From assembly GCA_965178125.1 (NCBI GenBank), contig OZ237745.1:992001-1056000 (forward strand): a stretch of 64,000 nt of DNA. The letters are read 5' to 3'. Shown here in pieces: positions 51,649 through 63,862 of the stretch. Under the pieces are notes generated by a model. It worked only from the letters and a program-made list of their open reading frames with translations, ran no database searches and was not told the DNA's origin. The position numbers were made by a program, and so were the translations under genes. This stretch comes from Bilabrum cf. latius. Lineage: Eukaryota. Within the stretch, counting starts at the first letter, position 1, and each line of letters begins with the position of its first letter.

Positions 51649-54600
51649 ATGTACCGACTCGCAGGCTGCCTTATTTTTTGCATTGCTCCTGTGTTGTGTG
51701 GGGCTAAGCGACCCGATAGGCCAAGGCGTCCTGCTGATATGCAACCCTTTGGGAGTGCTGGTGCGTTTGATCTCCGAATAGCTTTTCCACTCGCTGGGAG
51801 CAGCGTCCTGGCTACCAGCTCCCGACAGACTGCACTATTATGGCAGAAAGGTAACGATGTCGGGCTCGTGGTGCGTGACTATCGAATTTGTCTGCACATG
51901 CGGTCGCAACGGAGCGCGGACCGAATGCCCTCGACTGCGAAGCCATTGCAGGTTCCTGAGCCAGACATACTTGACAATGACGCAAGTTATGCAGCAATAG
52001 AGCATATCTCAGTTGACGGGGTTGTGTGGGAAAGCACGAGATACGATCCGATGTGCGTGTTTGGTGGGGATGTTTCAATGCCTCTCAAGACGTTGCTCGG
52101 GGCCAACAAGCCACTCCCGACGATGCAGCACTACTTGCAGTATCGTCTGACTGTGGAAAAGCCCATCGGTCATAGGTCAGAGCGCTTGCTTGAGGAGATT
52201 GGAAAGGCTCCGACGAATCGTGGGCAGGTGATTCAGGCTGGCGATGTGCACGCCATCACCGGGAGGCACCACTACACACGAGCTGACGGGAGCGAGCAGG
52301 CAAACCTTACAGGTGCCATCCAGCAGCTTGGCCAGAATGGACCACGCCATGAAGCGTCGGCTGCACTGGACGGCCTCGCCGAGGACTTGCCGTACACGGG
52401 GCCGAGCGGCTCCGTGGCCACGGCTCGCTGGCGTCGACTGCACGCCGGGGGTGCCCCCCCCGTGCGGCACCCCTGGCCCTCGTCCCCCAGCTTTGCCCCC
52501 GGGGCCATCGTACAGACAGCGGTTCAGTTTTCTGCATCGAAAGGCCGTGATGGGACGGTCATGGAGCAGCAGCGCTTCGAGGTGGTCTTTGCTGCCGAGG
52601 GCGAGATCCGGTCGATGCACGGCAAGGACTGCAGGTTCGGAGATGCACCGTGCCACACGCCTGCGAGGCTGCGGCAGCACTGCGCCACGCAGGAAGGGTT
52701 TAAGTTCTACCTGTACGACAACGAGACAGAGGCAATGGAGCTGCGACAGGCCGCCAATGCGGTCGGCAAGGTGCCCGGCCCTGACCCATGGACCGTGGCA
52801 CCCTGGTGGGACGGCAGACGCGAGACGCTGCCACTGGCGCTGGTGGAGGCAGGGGCCATCCACAGCCAGGAAGGGGCGCAGGCCCTCCTGACGGCCAGGA
52901 CGGTGGTGGACGAGCTGTACTCGCCTCACATGCACCCGTTCCAGGAGCTCGGAGGCAGAGGCGTGGCTGCCGTAGCACAGCACCGCCGCGCGGTATTTGA
53001 GGAAAGTATGGCTGGCTAGAAGGACACGGTGGGCATGCTTCGGCAGGCGAACCAGAGTGAAGCAGGCACTGCTGGGGAGGGTGATTTGGATAGGTCCTAG
53101 GGCACAGTCGCCGCCTCGTTGCTGCAGCTGGACGCCTTCGATGCGGCTAGCGTCGGCAGCATCGTCTCGCCCACTATGCAGAGTCTGGCAGCAATTAGCA
53201 AGCCTGCGCTTGATGGCGCTGGTGTAATGACACATAAGCCGGGGTCGAACAGCAAGATGGGTGGTGGTGCTCGCAGCGAGCGCACTAGTCGCGGCATGTG
53301 GATCAGGGGAAGGGGCCAGCTCGGCGGCATGACGAACGTGGTGACCTCGAGTGAGGGCGCGAGGTCGCTTCGATCCCTGCTGCGGCACCACCCGCTGCGC
53401 ACCAGGGACCCACGCGAAGCTTGTGTCTTCATTCCCATGCACGAAGATACGGCATGCATATCCAACTGGTGCAAGGAGGTGGGTATCTTGCACACCGCGC
53501 GGTTCAGCAGGCTGCCGTACTGGCGAGGCTCCGGGCGTGACCACGTGGTGCTTCACTACAGTGACCACCAGATCTTCTCGGAAGTTGGCGGTGCAATCCT
53601 GGCAAAGTCTTCTTTTGGTCCCGATTTCGACCGGTCCTACTACAACCGCGAGAACCCAAATGCGGTGCCGAGGATGCAGCCCTATCGCAACGGTTTCGAC
53701 GTGATGATGCCTCTCAGCGGGTACAGGTGCTTCGAGCCGCTGTACGGGCACTTGGGCAGGTATCATCACAGAAGGAGGAAAAGGCGGTCGTTCTCGGCAC
53801 TCTAGCTGGGCGTGACGCACGCTCTTGCGGAAGGCCTGCCCGCGTGTCACGCGGGAAACTCGGGAGGACCGGGACAGGTGGCATGCAAGTCCGTGAATCT
53901 CACAGTAGGCACTGCGGTTGGTCATTGTAGCTTCCAGGGAGAATCTCCGGAGCCCGACATCGTCATTGACGATGCGCTGACGGACTCTCGTTTAAGCAGC
54001 ATGTATGGAGGCAGGGCCTCATCCCAGTGGGAACCGATTCAGTCCAAGGACTGGATTCGTGAAATTCCGGTGTCGAGCGGTCCACACCTCCCTGCGACAA
54101 TCGACGTTCCAGGGGAGCGCGAACGCGACCTGCTGTTGGTCTTCAAGGGCGCGATCCACAGGGCGCCTGCCGATCACCCATCGGTGGCTAGGAGGACGCT
54201 CCGGGGCATGCACAACGGGATCGACACCATCGTACAGGTTTACTGCGCGCATTAGTCCAGGGAGTGCGGCTCTGGGTAGTTGCGGGAGTTCCACACTAGG
54301 TACGACCCGGAGTGTTCAGAGTTCGACAGGCAGGCATGGGCAAACCAGAGCCAATCCACCAGCTTTATTGGTAAGGGCGCCCAACCCAGTGCAGCGGGCT
54401 CTGATTCAATCGCAGACTTCGATGGTCTACTACACAGGTCTTCCTTTGCCGCTGTGGTGCCCGGCGAGGGAACCCATTCGTACCGCTTGCTCGAGTCACT
54501 GCAGGCTGGCGCCATCCCAGTGATCATTGGATATTCTGCCACGCCGTTTCCCGACCTGCTGCGCTGGGACAGGATTGGGGTGGTGCAGAGAGACGCGTCT

Positions 54601-56985
54601 CAGGTGGGCCTGCTCGAGCTCATGGAGAGGCTCAGAACGATGCCGCTGCGCTTCCGGGACGCTCTTCGAGACGCTGGGCAGGCCGCTTACATGCGCTACC
54701 TGTCAAGCTTGGCCAGGCACGTGGACGGGCTCTTCGAGACCCTCCGCGTCCGGTATCACAGGGTGCTTCGCAGGGGGGGGGGCGAGGTGCCGGGCTCATG
54801 GTCATCGACGGCGCAGGAAGATCTGGAGGCGTATGGCTTCTACGCAGCGGAGCAGCTGCTGGGGCCGAAGTCGGAGAGCCTTGCAGGTGACGGTGAGCAG
54901 TCGGCACTGCTGCAGCCACTGCCCGTCCAAGGTAAAGTCGTGTTTTCTGAGCAACGCGAGCAATCTTCCACCAAGGATACAGGACTACGGGGTCTAGAGA
55001 TGGCTGGTGAACTAGAGGCGAGCGCGCAGAAACCATGCAGCGACGAGATGTGGTCTATGTTCCAACGCAGCCTGGATTCCGTCGTGCAGTCTGGCTAGCC
55101 ACTTGCGTGGGCTCCAGGACCGTGCTAGCCCGTAAACCCCTCAAGTTGGCACGTTGCAGACATGCTTGCTACACCACCTCCAGCTCGAGGGTAGCAGCTC
55201 CGGACTCTATCCAGTCCTTCGTTGCTGGCTTTGCTGGATTCTCTTGCTCGGGGCATTGCGGCGCACGGCTACAGCCTGGAATCACCAACAAACCCGAACG
55301 CCTAGGAATCGATGCTACTTGGAGATTTAGAAATGCTGCAATCTGGTACGACTGGCAGTCGCACCGTTCAGGCATGGGCTTCACGAGCAGCACGCGCGAG
55401 GCCTTCGCCGGCGCAGCTCGTCGCTGAGGTTCGGACCGTGGCAAACATGCTGAATCCATCTCCTCAGCAGTGGGGCCTCGCTGCCAAGTCCGTCCATTAG
55501 CTCGTGCTGTCGTTTGCACCCACCCCATGGCACAGACGAAGGACAGCAGGCATTGTTGCCGTTCTGTATTTCGTTGCTGCAGAGTTGTGCGAAGCTGCCG
55601 GCAGCTATAGAGACAGCCTGACAGCTGCATAGCTTTCAGTGATGTTCGGAGCAATGGCACGAATTGACGCCACGGGATTGGAAAAGTCTAGTCTGATTCA
55701 CAATGGAATGACTGGGCGCAGGTTCCAAAACCCGACTGCAATCACCCTTAAGGTTGAAACGTATGGTCTACTGGGAGGCTTCAATCTGCTGACCAATCGT
55801 ATGGTATCCAGCCGAGCGCTGATGGAAGCACACCAGATGCTTGCATTTGCAGCGGAGCCAACCTCGATGCGAGCGCTAGGGGAGGCACAGCACGTGTGTG
55901 CGCGAGCAAGTTAGTTCGATCGCAGCCATGGCCCAAGCTCGGCGGTCAAAGCTCTCGTGCAGACGTGCACGAGAGCGAAGGAGACGCTAGGTGGAAGGCC
56001 GGTCTAGCTAGTTGCAGGTCCAGGACGAGGGGGAGTTCCAGGGCCAGGGCAGCACTCCCTGGCCCCTAGGACCTTAAGCTGGCAAGGACTCGATCATCAG
56101 CCGAGCGATGGCAAGCGACACTTTACGATCGTATCCATGTGTGACTACGATCACAGAAAGACTTCCATGGCCCGGGTGAGCCTTAGCAACACGGCTCGCT
56201 ATTGTGCACTGCATGGCTACGAGTGCAGGCTGCACATAAAGAGCGTCCTCAGTGGTTGGCCACCGGCATGGTCAAAGGTTGCACTAACGAAACATTACTT
56301 GCAAGCAGCAGCTAGTACAGGCAAACGAATTTTCCTGCACGATGGGAGCAGGCTACCACACGTGGAGAAGCGGGGCACTCGCAGGGTGCCAGATCGGCAC
56401 GTGCAAGCAGAGGAGTGGGTTGTGTGGCTCGACTGCGATTCGATCATCACGAACGCGTCTGTGACGATGGACTCGATAATCGATGCAGCTGCGCAGAGGA
56501 GGATGTTGCCATCCGCGGAGACAGGATCTGGAACAGGCAATGCACCCTCGTTCGTTGTGAGCGAGGATGGCGTTATGGTTAACACTGGCTTTTTTGCAGC
56601 GAGGAAAGGAGACCGCGCCGCCTCTGTGTTGCTGGACGTGATGCGTCCTGGAAACGGCACCGCGTTCAAGGAACACGATTGGTGGGAACAGGCGGCGCTG
56701 CTTTCTGCGCTCGCTGAGGACCCCTTTGGGCCTGGGTCGAGCCGCGCCTTGCAGCAATCGATTGCGTACGTCCCTCAGAGACTGGTCAACTCGTACACCT
56801 TCGAGCTTGGCAACAAGCTTCGTATCGGCGGCCTGCTACCGGTGCATGCGGTCTGGTTGGAGCATGACTTTCTCGTAGCCCTGTCAGGGTGTGGACGGTT
56901 AGCAGAGAGTCAACAATGCGAGTAGTGGTTGGAGAAGTTCGGTGAGGTGGGATGGAAGAACTTTGAGCGCATTGTGAGCAAGTAA
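51649..56985 (+). CDS. Bifunctional glycosyltransferase: exostosin-like GT47 domain plus C-terminal GT34 (MNN10/GMA12-like) domain (~1,778 aa)
   Basis: Signal/anchor MYRLAGCLIFCIAPVLCG. GT47 motifs: HPLRTRDPREACVFIP, LPYWRGSGRDHV, SSFAAVVPGEGTHSYRLLESLQAGAIPVII..PF..LLRW. GT34 motifs: YCALHGY, PAWSKV, WVVWLDCD, NTGFF, WWEQAAL, VPQRLVNSY. One frame broken only by TAG; ends at TAA 56983. Confidence 0.85.
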
Positions 56986-57126
56986 ATGCAATATATGCAG
57001 AGTGGGTTAAGTAAATACGTGCCCTCTTATGTCACAGACAAGCTACTTAATCCGCCGGCAGTCAAGGCTGGCACGCTGGCTCACAGCTCGCCACTCGAGG
57101 GGTCCAACCCCTCGGTGTGGCTGGTT

Positions 57127-60100
57127 TCACAGGGTGCCTTCCTAATGCTCCTACTATACTCTATCTCCCCTGCCGTTGCCACGTGAGTCTCTCGCGCTCT
57201 CCCCTGCACTTCCAAAGTCCAGGGTGGCGCGGGCCCCAAAGTGTCCTAAGCGCCTGGCATCTGCCGCCGTGCTGCTCTGTGCCCTAGGCAGGTCGGACAG
57301 CTCGGTTGGGCCCGACTCGTCGTCCTACCAAGGGGGGTTTGACATACATCGGCGAGGCTGGGCTGGCCACAGTGAGTCTCCTTCCTGTGATTCGGACTGA
57401 CCCTAGGCGCCGGAAGACGACTAGATCTGGGCATCGGCGACGCTGGAGCTCGCGGCGGACGGTGCAGACACCAGGATGGGTGCAGGCAGCGCATACTCCT
57501 CCTGCTGTGAAGGCGCATCTGCACGACCCCCCACACTTGAATCCTGCGCAGCCTCTGCTCCAAATTGAAACTGACGACGCGTGTTCCCCCCGATGGGTGA
57601 ATCATCACCGGCCCGCAAGCCAGTTGTGCTAGTGCGACCCCCCAGCCCAGCGACGTCGCTGAATGCCCGCATCAGGGGAGGCGACCGCCCCCCTTGCCTC
57701 CGACCAACATCGTCGTTCAAGGCCGTCTGTGCAGATGCCCCGGCAAAAAGACTGGCTTGCTCATCGTCGCTGCTTCCCTGCAGCAGGCCCGAGCCGGGCC
57801 CAAACAGCATGGCTCGCCCCAGCAGCCTGCCACCTCCCGGCCGGGTCCCGTGCCGCCCTCGCTCTCGCCCCCGTCCGGACTTCCCACGGAGCCGCGGTAC
57901 CATAGCGCCTGCGCTGCGGCCGCTTGTACCCCCATCGCTGTCGTCGCTGTCATCGTCCGAGTCAGTGCTGTGCCGCGAGGCAGCACGCCTGCAAGCAGCC
58001 ACGCCGAGTCCCGCGCGGGGCCGGCGCTTGCCGGCGTGCTTGCGTCGCGGGCCCATCCCTGCTACAGAGTCACCTCCCAGGCACCGGGTGCTGGAGAGGT
58101 GATCGAACACGTCCTTCAGCTCCTTGGTCCGTCGCGCCGAAATCGAGCTGAACTCTTTCTGAAACATGGAGACGTACCCGTGGGGAGGGTTGCACGCCTC
58201 CGGCTGGTGCCACTTCATCGAGCGGTAGCCCTGGTGCAGCAGGTACATTTCCTTGAACGTGAGCTTGGGGTAGTCCTTGCGGTGCATGGCACGGTCGCGA
58301 TTCCGGACGTGCTTGAGCATCCTGGGCCCTCGGTTCTTCGAGTACTCGCAGTGAAACACGTGGATCTACGCGTTCTGAACCTCCCGGCGGAGCTCTGGTG
58401 TGATGAGCAGGAGCTGCGAGCCCATCCTCACGTACCCCTCTCTGCCGTGCCCCAGACGTTCCTGCCGAGACAGCCCAGTGGCCGTCGTGCCAGCGATACT
58501 CTGCGCAGACGGCGCGAAAGTGGCCCGTGATCCGACTCCGAGCGCGTCGCCCACAGTTGACGACTGCCGGAGCGCCCCCGAGCGATGCCATGCACCGTGT
58601 TGGCGCAGACCATCCCTCTGCAGCTGGTGAGCAGCGGCATGCGGGTCGTCCAACAAGCCTGACACTACGGAGGAGGACGTCGATGAAGAGGACGAAGACA
58701 GAGCAGAGCCTGGCCGAGAGCTTGAGTTCAAGCTCGCCCCACCGCTGGCGGTAGCAGCGCCCGATGATGTCGCCGGACGATCCGTGCTGGATGATGCAGC
58801 GGTTGGTGCTCCGTCATTGGTACCCTCTGGCATGGGTGCGGCCTCTCCGAAGAGCAAGTCCTCCACCACGCCGGGGTGGTCGCAGTGCAGCGCCCCGCTG
58901 ATGTGCCCGCCCATGTACTCGTAGCCAAACCTGCAGTCGAACACGATCACGCGCCGCATGGGGACCCCTTTGCCAGCCCTAAGGGCACATCGAGCCAGAG
59001 CAATCTGCTTGTCCAGTTCCGACACGAGCGTTTCGGGTGAAATGCACAGGCACTGCCGCACGTCTGCACTGCACCACTCCTCCGGCAGCACGGGCAGGCT
59101 GGCACGGCCGCCCATGGGTATTCGGGCGTCATCAGTCTCCAGCACGGTACCACCAACGTCTTTCTTGGGACCTCGTTCCACCACTTCGTCGTTGCTGTGC
59201 GATGAGTTGTTCAGGCACGTCATGTCGTCGTCCGAGTCCATCTCGACCCGCACACCGGGCCCGGCAGCAGCGACGGGTGGGTGAGCCTGAGACAGGCCGG
59301 GCACTGCAGAGGCAGGAGAACGGGCTCTGGACGCCTCGAGCACTTCTTCCGCCACTTCGGCACCGTCTTGCCCCGCCATCGGAGCTTCAGAGCTCTGAAA
59401 TCGCACCATAACTTGTCCGCCAGCAGCACTTCCGCCGCTGTGAGCGAACGCCAGCCCTGTGCCAACCAAGCCCTGCGGTGCGTCAGGCGCCGGCATTCCT
59501 TCCTCGCAGCTGAATCCCTCTCGCATGCCGCTGTGCAGTCCTGCTCCCCGCATGGAGACCGGACTGCTCATCGGTATGGCGTCGTCAGTCCCATCTGCCA
59601 TCGAGCCTGCAGTGCCTCCGTCTCTTCGCTGTCCGCTCTGCCGACCCGACTGCTGGAACTCCATGGCCCACCGAGACCTAGATGCAGCGCCGGAGCTGGC
59701 ATCACTGCCGTCTTGGTAGCCATCTGCGGCTGCTGGAGTGACGGCAGGCATGCTGCCGATTGCCGGTGTCAGGTCCGAGTCGATGCTGGCGCTGCTGCCG
59801 CCTGTCGCCTTTGCAAGAGGCATGGAGATGCGCAGCCCCCTTGAGGGTGGCCCGACCACCGAAAACGATTTCATGTGGTGCGCCCCACTCGGCACATGCA
59901 CGCCCTCAAAGCCATGCCTCTTGCCGAAAGGCAGTGGTGGGAAACCAGCAGGCTCTGAGGACTTGGAGGAGGAAGAGAGCGGCTGCACTGCACCGGCCCC
60001 GGCATCCTCCCTGCTGTCCGAGCCAGCCAGCGCATCTGAAGGACCCGGGCCCCACGCCTCGATCGCCAGATCGGTGGCACTACGACTGCGGGCAGTGGGC

Positions 60101-62031
60101 CCTGTCACAGTGCCAGCTCTGTCCTTGTCCCTGCCCTCCTCGGGCACAATGGCTAGCCTTGCCGCGCTGACCTCTGTCTGGGCCCTGCCCCTGCCCACTC
60201 GCCTGCTCGTGCCCTTTGCGGGCAGTTGTCTCTCCAGCTGGGCGCCCCTTGAGCCAGACCTGTCGCGCGCCCGGGGGGGCAGGCATCCTGACTGTTTCTT
60301 GTTGGCGGTCGCCGACCGGGATGACCCCGGGGGCGTGCCCAGCCCTCCATCCACGGAGCTTGGCCGCCTGCAAGAGCCGATGCCCATGGCCGCACCGCGC
60401 GCCCTGCCAGCGGCATCAGATGCCGTGCACTCGCCGGCCTCCACGCGAGGAGGGTCGCCCTGACCGCTGGCATCTGTTTCCCACAACCGAACTGCGAAGG
60501 ACGCGGGCGATGCAACTGGCATGCTCTCGGCTCTGTCTCTAATACCGTCTGCTTCGATGCCCGCGTGGTGCTGCAGGCTGGCAGCGCCACTACCTGACAT
60601 GCTACCGCTCTCCGAGCGCCTGTCGGTGCTGTCTACCTCGCCGAACCCAGCCGCCAGGTCAGCCAGCAGCCGCCCGTGCGACTCGCTCCTGCGTCGCTTG
60701 TGATCCGGCTGTGGGCTGTCGGCAACGCTGCTGCCGTGCTGGCCCGACCGGTCGTGCTGATCTCGGTCCATGCCAGGAGACTGTGCACCCAGGCTTGCCC
60801 CCGAGGCAGCCCTCGATAGGGGTGCAATCCCCGCACCGTGACCATGGTCACAGCCACGGCCGTGACCATGACCATGACCGTGACCATGACTGGACGAGGA
60901 AGAGAAGAAGGCAGGGGGTGAGGGCCCTGCGAGCGCCCTCTCGCCCTCGAAGGAGCCAGCAAGCAGCTGTTCCTGCACACCGACAGAGCCACGGCCCATC
61001 GCACCTGACGAGTGCCTGTGGTCGCGGCTGCACTCGCTCGCACAGTCGCTGCCCGGCCCGCCGCGCCGCTTGCGGCCGATGGATCTTGGGGCTGGGGCTC
61101 CTCCTCCACCACTGTTTGGGCTTCCCGATGAGGCTGGTACAGGTACACGCATCATGCCTGGCGTGGTTCCAAGCAAACCGCCGCTTGTGCTGCTGCTGTG
61201 TCGGCTCTGCCTGCTTCCATTGATTGGGAGACCGCCTCGTCCGCGCCCCGTGACATCAGAACCACTCCGGGTGCGAGACAGGCCTGTCCACTGCTGCGGG
61301 CAGGTTTCGACACGGAGGGTAGATTTCGTGCGGCGCATGCCTTGTTGTGCCCTGATTCCCGCACTTCGAACTGTGCGCGGTTGAGTGGCGTTGCGACAGT
61401 CTTCGCCAATATCACTGATTGGCGAGTCCTTCGGAGAGCAAGTTGCCGTTGCACTAGCCGTACTTGGTAGCTAGTGTGCCTATGCACTGCTCATAGGAGC
61501 TGATATTGCAATCGAATTCCTGGCTGCAGTTAAATCAGGCCCGGATGCCTCGACTCCGACGGCTGCATTCGAATTATCTTGCGGCTGGTGTGTGCTTGAG
61601 TCGATAATCCGACTTGAAGCGCTACACTGTTGGGTATTCGGGTTAACCTGTGCAAAGGCGCGGGAGCGTCCTCGAGCGATGCTGGATGAAGGAGCTTTGG
61701 ACGGCAGATCGGCCGAGGCACCACAGCTACTGGTGACAGCTACCCGCTCGCTCGCCTCTGGCTCAAGTTTGGATGATTTCACCACGCCCATTACGCCATC
61801 CAATCCATCTTCATACCTTGATGATGACTAATCCATCGACAGCAGCTTTAATGCCTTCCCTGATTTCGAATTTCGGACGCTTTCTATGTCCCGAGACGAA
61901 ATGGCGCCTTCTGTGGCTGGGGTCGCAACGCCGATCCCTTGCATTCTTTCGCAAATGGTCCGATCTGAAGCCGCTGATACACTATTTTTACCTCTTCTGT
62001 GGGTAGAAGGCGCAGTTGGAGTGCCATCCAT
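57127..62031 (-). CDS. CDC25: Cdc25 M-phase inducer phosphatase (~1,634 aa)
   Basis: Rhodanese-type catalytic domain: ISPETL, VFDCRFGYEYMGGHISGA, VFHCEYSKNRGPRM (HCX5R), RDR..YPKL..EMYLL.QGY, C.P..GYVSM. Long disordered N-terminus. Frame is continuous through TAGs to TGA 57129-57127; start ATG 62031 is inferred. Confidence 0.88.
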
Positions 62032-62168
62032 GGCCTGCACGGGCCCAGGTTGTCTCTCGCGCCCGTTGCCGCGCACGATTGTCCAGACGCAAACCGGAAT
62101 TAATCGATTAGTTGCGCGTTAAAAAAGGGAAAATTCGATTTACGCAAGAAGCTCATAATACTGGCCGC

Positions 62169-63559
62169 ATGTTGGCAGAGACGCTACGATAGCTCGATGC
62201 CTACCCAAAACTTAAAGATGATGCTAGGGACTCGACCGTATCTGGCGGCTTGCGTGAGTTGTTGAGATCTTGAGCAGGCCTGCAATTCGACATGTTGATG
62301 AAGCGTCTCTACTATTGAAATCATTCTTGTGGGCCGGTCGCAGTGTCGTCTGGGGCGATCCTTTTGATCTTAGTATTGGTAATCTAGGATGTACGGGACT
62401 ATATGACTGTCGTGAGTCCTATGCGCGCGTGTCTGCAGCGTCCTCCGAATCATCAGGAGTGGGCTTCGCTTCGCACGCTAGCGTTGTGTGGCGTCAATCG
62501 TATTCCTCGCCGCAGGAATCCATCGAAACAATGGAGGTAGATACGAAAAGGAACGCCCACATGCGGATCAACTTTGACCTTAGTTTCCCTAAAGTGCCGT
62601 GCACCATGATCAGTGTGGATGCCGAAGATGTTACAAAGTCGCCCCATAAGGGGCTCATGCACAACGTTTTCAAGCGTAGACTTGACAGATACGGGCGATC
62701 TACGGGAACGGTAGAGAGAAATAACCTAGGCAACACTCTTTCTTCCGAGGAAGAGCTGAAGGCTTCGAAAGCAAGGGACATTGCTAGCGGGCGCCCAACC
62801 ATCACGGAGACAGAGGCGAAGACCCAGGGGGCTGATTGCCCTTCTTGTTATGGCGCCGGATCTCCAGGGCAGTGTTGCTAGACGTGTGACGAGGTGCGAG
62901 AGCTGTACAGGCAGAAGGGCTGGAGCTTCGAGCCCTCGGGTGTGGCGCAGTGCAGGAAGGAGGGGCTGGCCGATGACGTGGCCTCGGGGAAGGAGGAGGG
63001 ATGCAACATATACGGGTACGTGAAGGTGCCGAAGGTAGCAGGGAACATTCATTTTGCGCCCGGGACGGGATTCTCTCAGCTGTTCGGCAGCCACGAGGAC
63101 CTCATGGCGCTCACCCACGGCAAGTTTAACTCGACGCACACCATCAACTCGCTGAGCTTCGGCAGGTTCTACCCCAGCCGAACCAACCCGCTGGATGGGG
63201 TCTATCACGAGGTGGGGGATGGGGCGGCGATGTACCAGTACTTCCTGAAAGTGGTGCCCACCGAGTACAGGTCGCTGGCAGGCACTAGGTATTCGACCTA
63301 CCAGTTCGCCGCCACGTCGCACCAGCGGCACCTCAACCTGGAGACGCAGAGGGGCCTGCCCGGAGTGTACTTCTACTATGACCTGTCCCCCATTCGAGTG
63401 CGGATCAGGGAGCAGTCGCAGTCTTTCGCCCACTTGCTGACCGGGCTGGTGGCCATCGTGGGAGGTGTCATGTCTCTGGCTGGGTTTATCGATAGCCTCG
63501 TGCACCAGGCTTCCACCACTGCGGGGGCGGGGAGCCGCAGGTCCGGGCTGCTGGGATGA
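62169..63559 (+). CDS. ERGIC3: ER-Golgi intermediate compartment protein 3 / Erv46 (~398 aa; exons 62169-62253, 62344-62411, 62516-63559)
   Basis: MLAETLR(TAG)LDAYPK..SGGL, a TM helix, INFDLSFPKVPC, CPSCYGA..CC(TAG)TCDEVRELYRQKGW, EGCNIYGYVKVPKVAGNIHFAPG, YQYFLKVVPT, LPGVYFYYDLSPI and a C-terminal TM. Two GTGAGT...CAG introns; TGA stop. Confidence 0.92.
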
Positions 63560-63862
63560 AGGGAGGCGCGGCTTCGCTTGAGAAGCTTTGCCGCGATGCA
63601 GCGCCCAGTGGCACGGTTGCGGTGGGAGCTGATCCGGATGTGATAGTGCGGTTAGTCGCCACCAGGAATTGAATGGACAAGGTCTAAGTGTGATAAAATG
63701 GGTGTTTCGGCTTGTACGCAACTGTCATCACGCAACTGTCATCACGCAACACAGCTACCCCCTCCTGCGGATGCCCGCTCGCACCGCTGGCTTCAAAGCC
63801 TCGCGGTGAGCTTGCGCATGCCATGCGACTCGGGGACTCGTCAAGCACTGCGCGTTCACCCG

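Noticed and set aside
52177-53925. Long antisense ORFs (582 aa here; also 29302-30753, 31603-32841, 27549-28643)
   Set aside because: They are shadows of GC-rich coding sequence on the opposite strand and contain no recognisable motifs.
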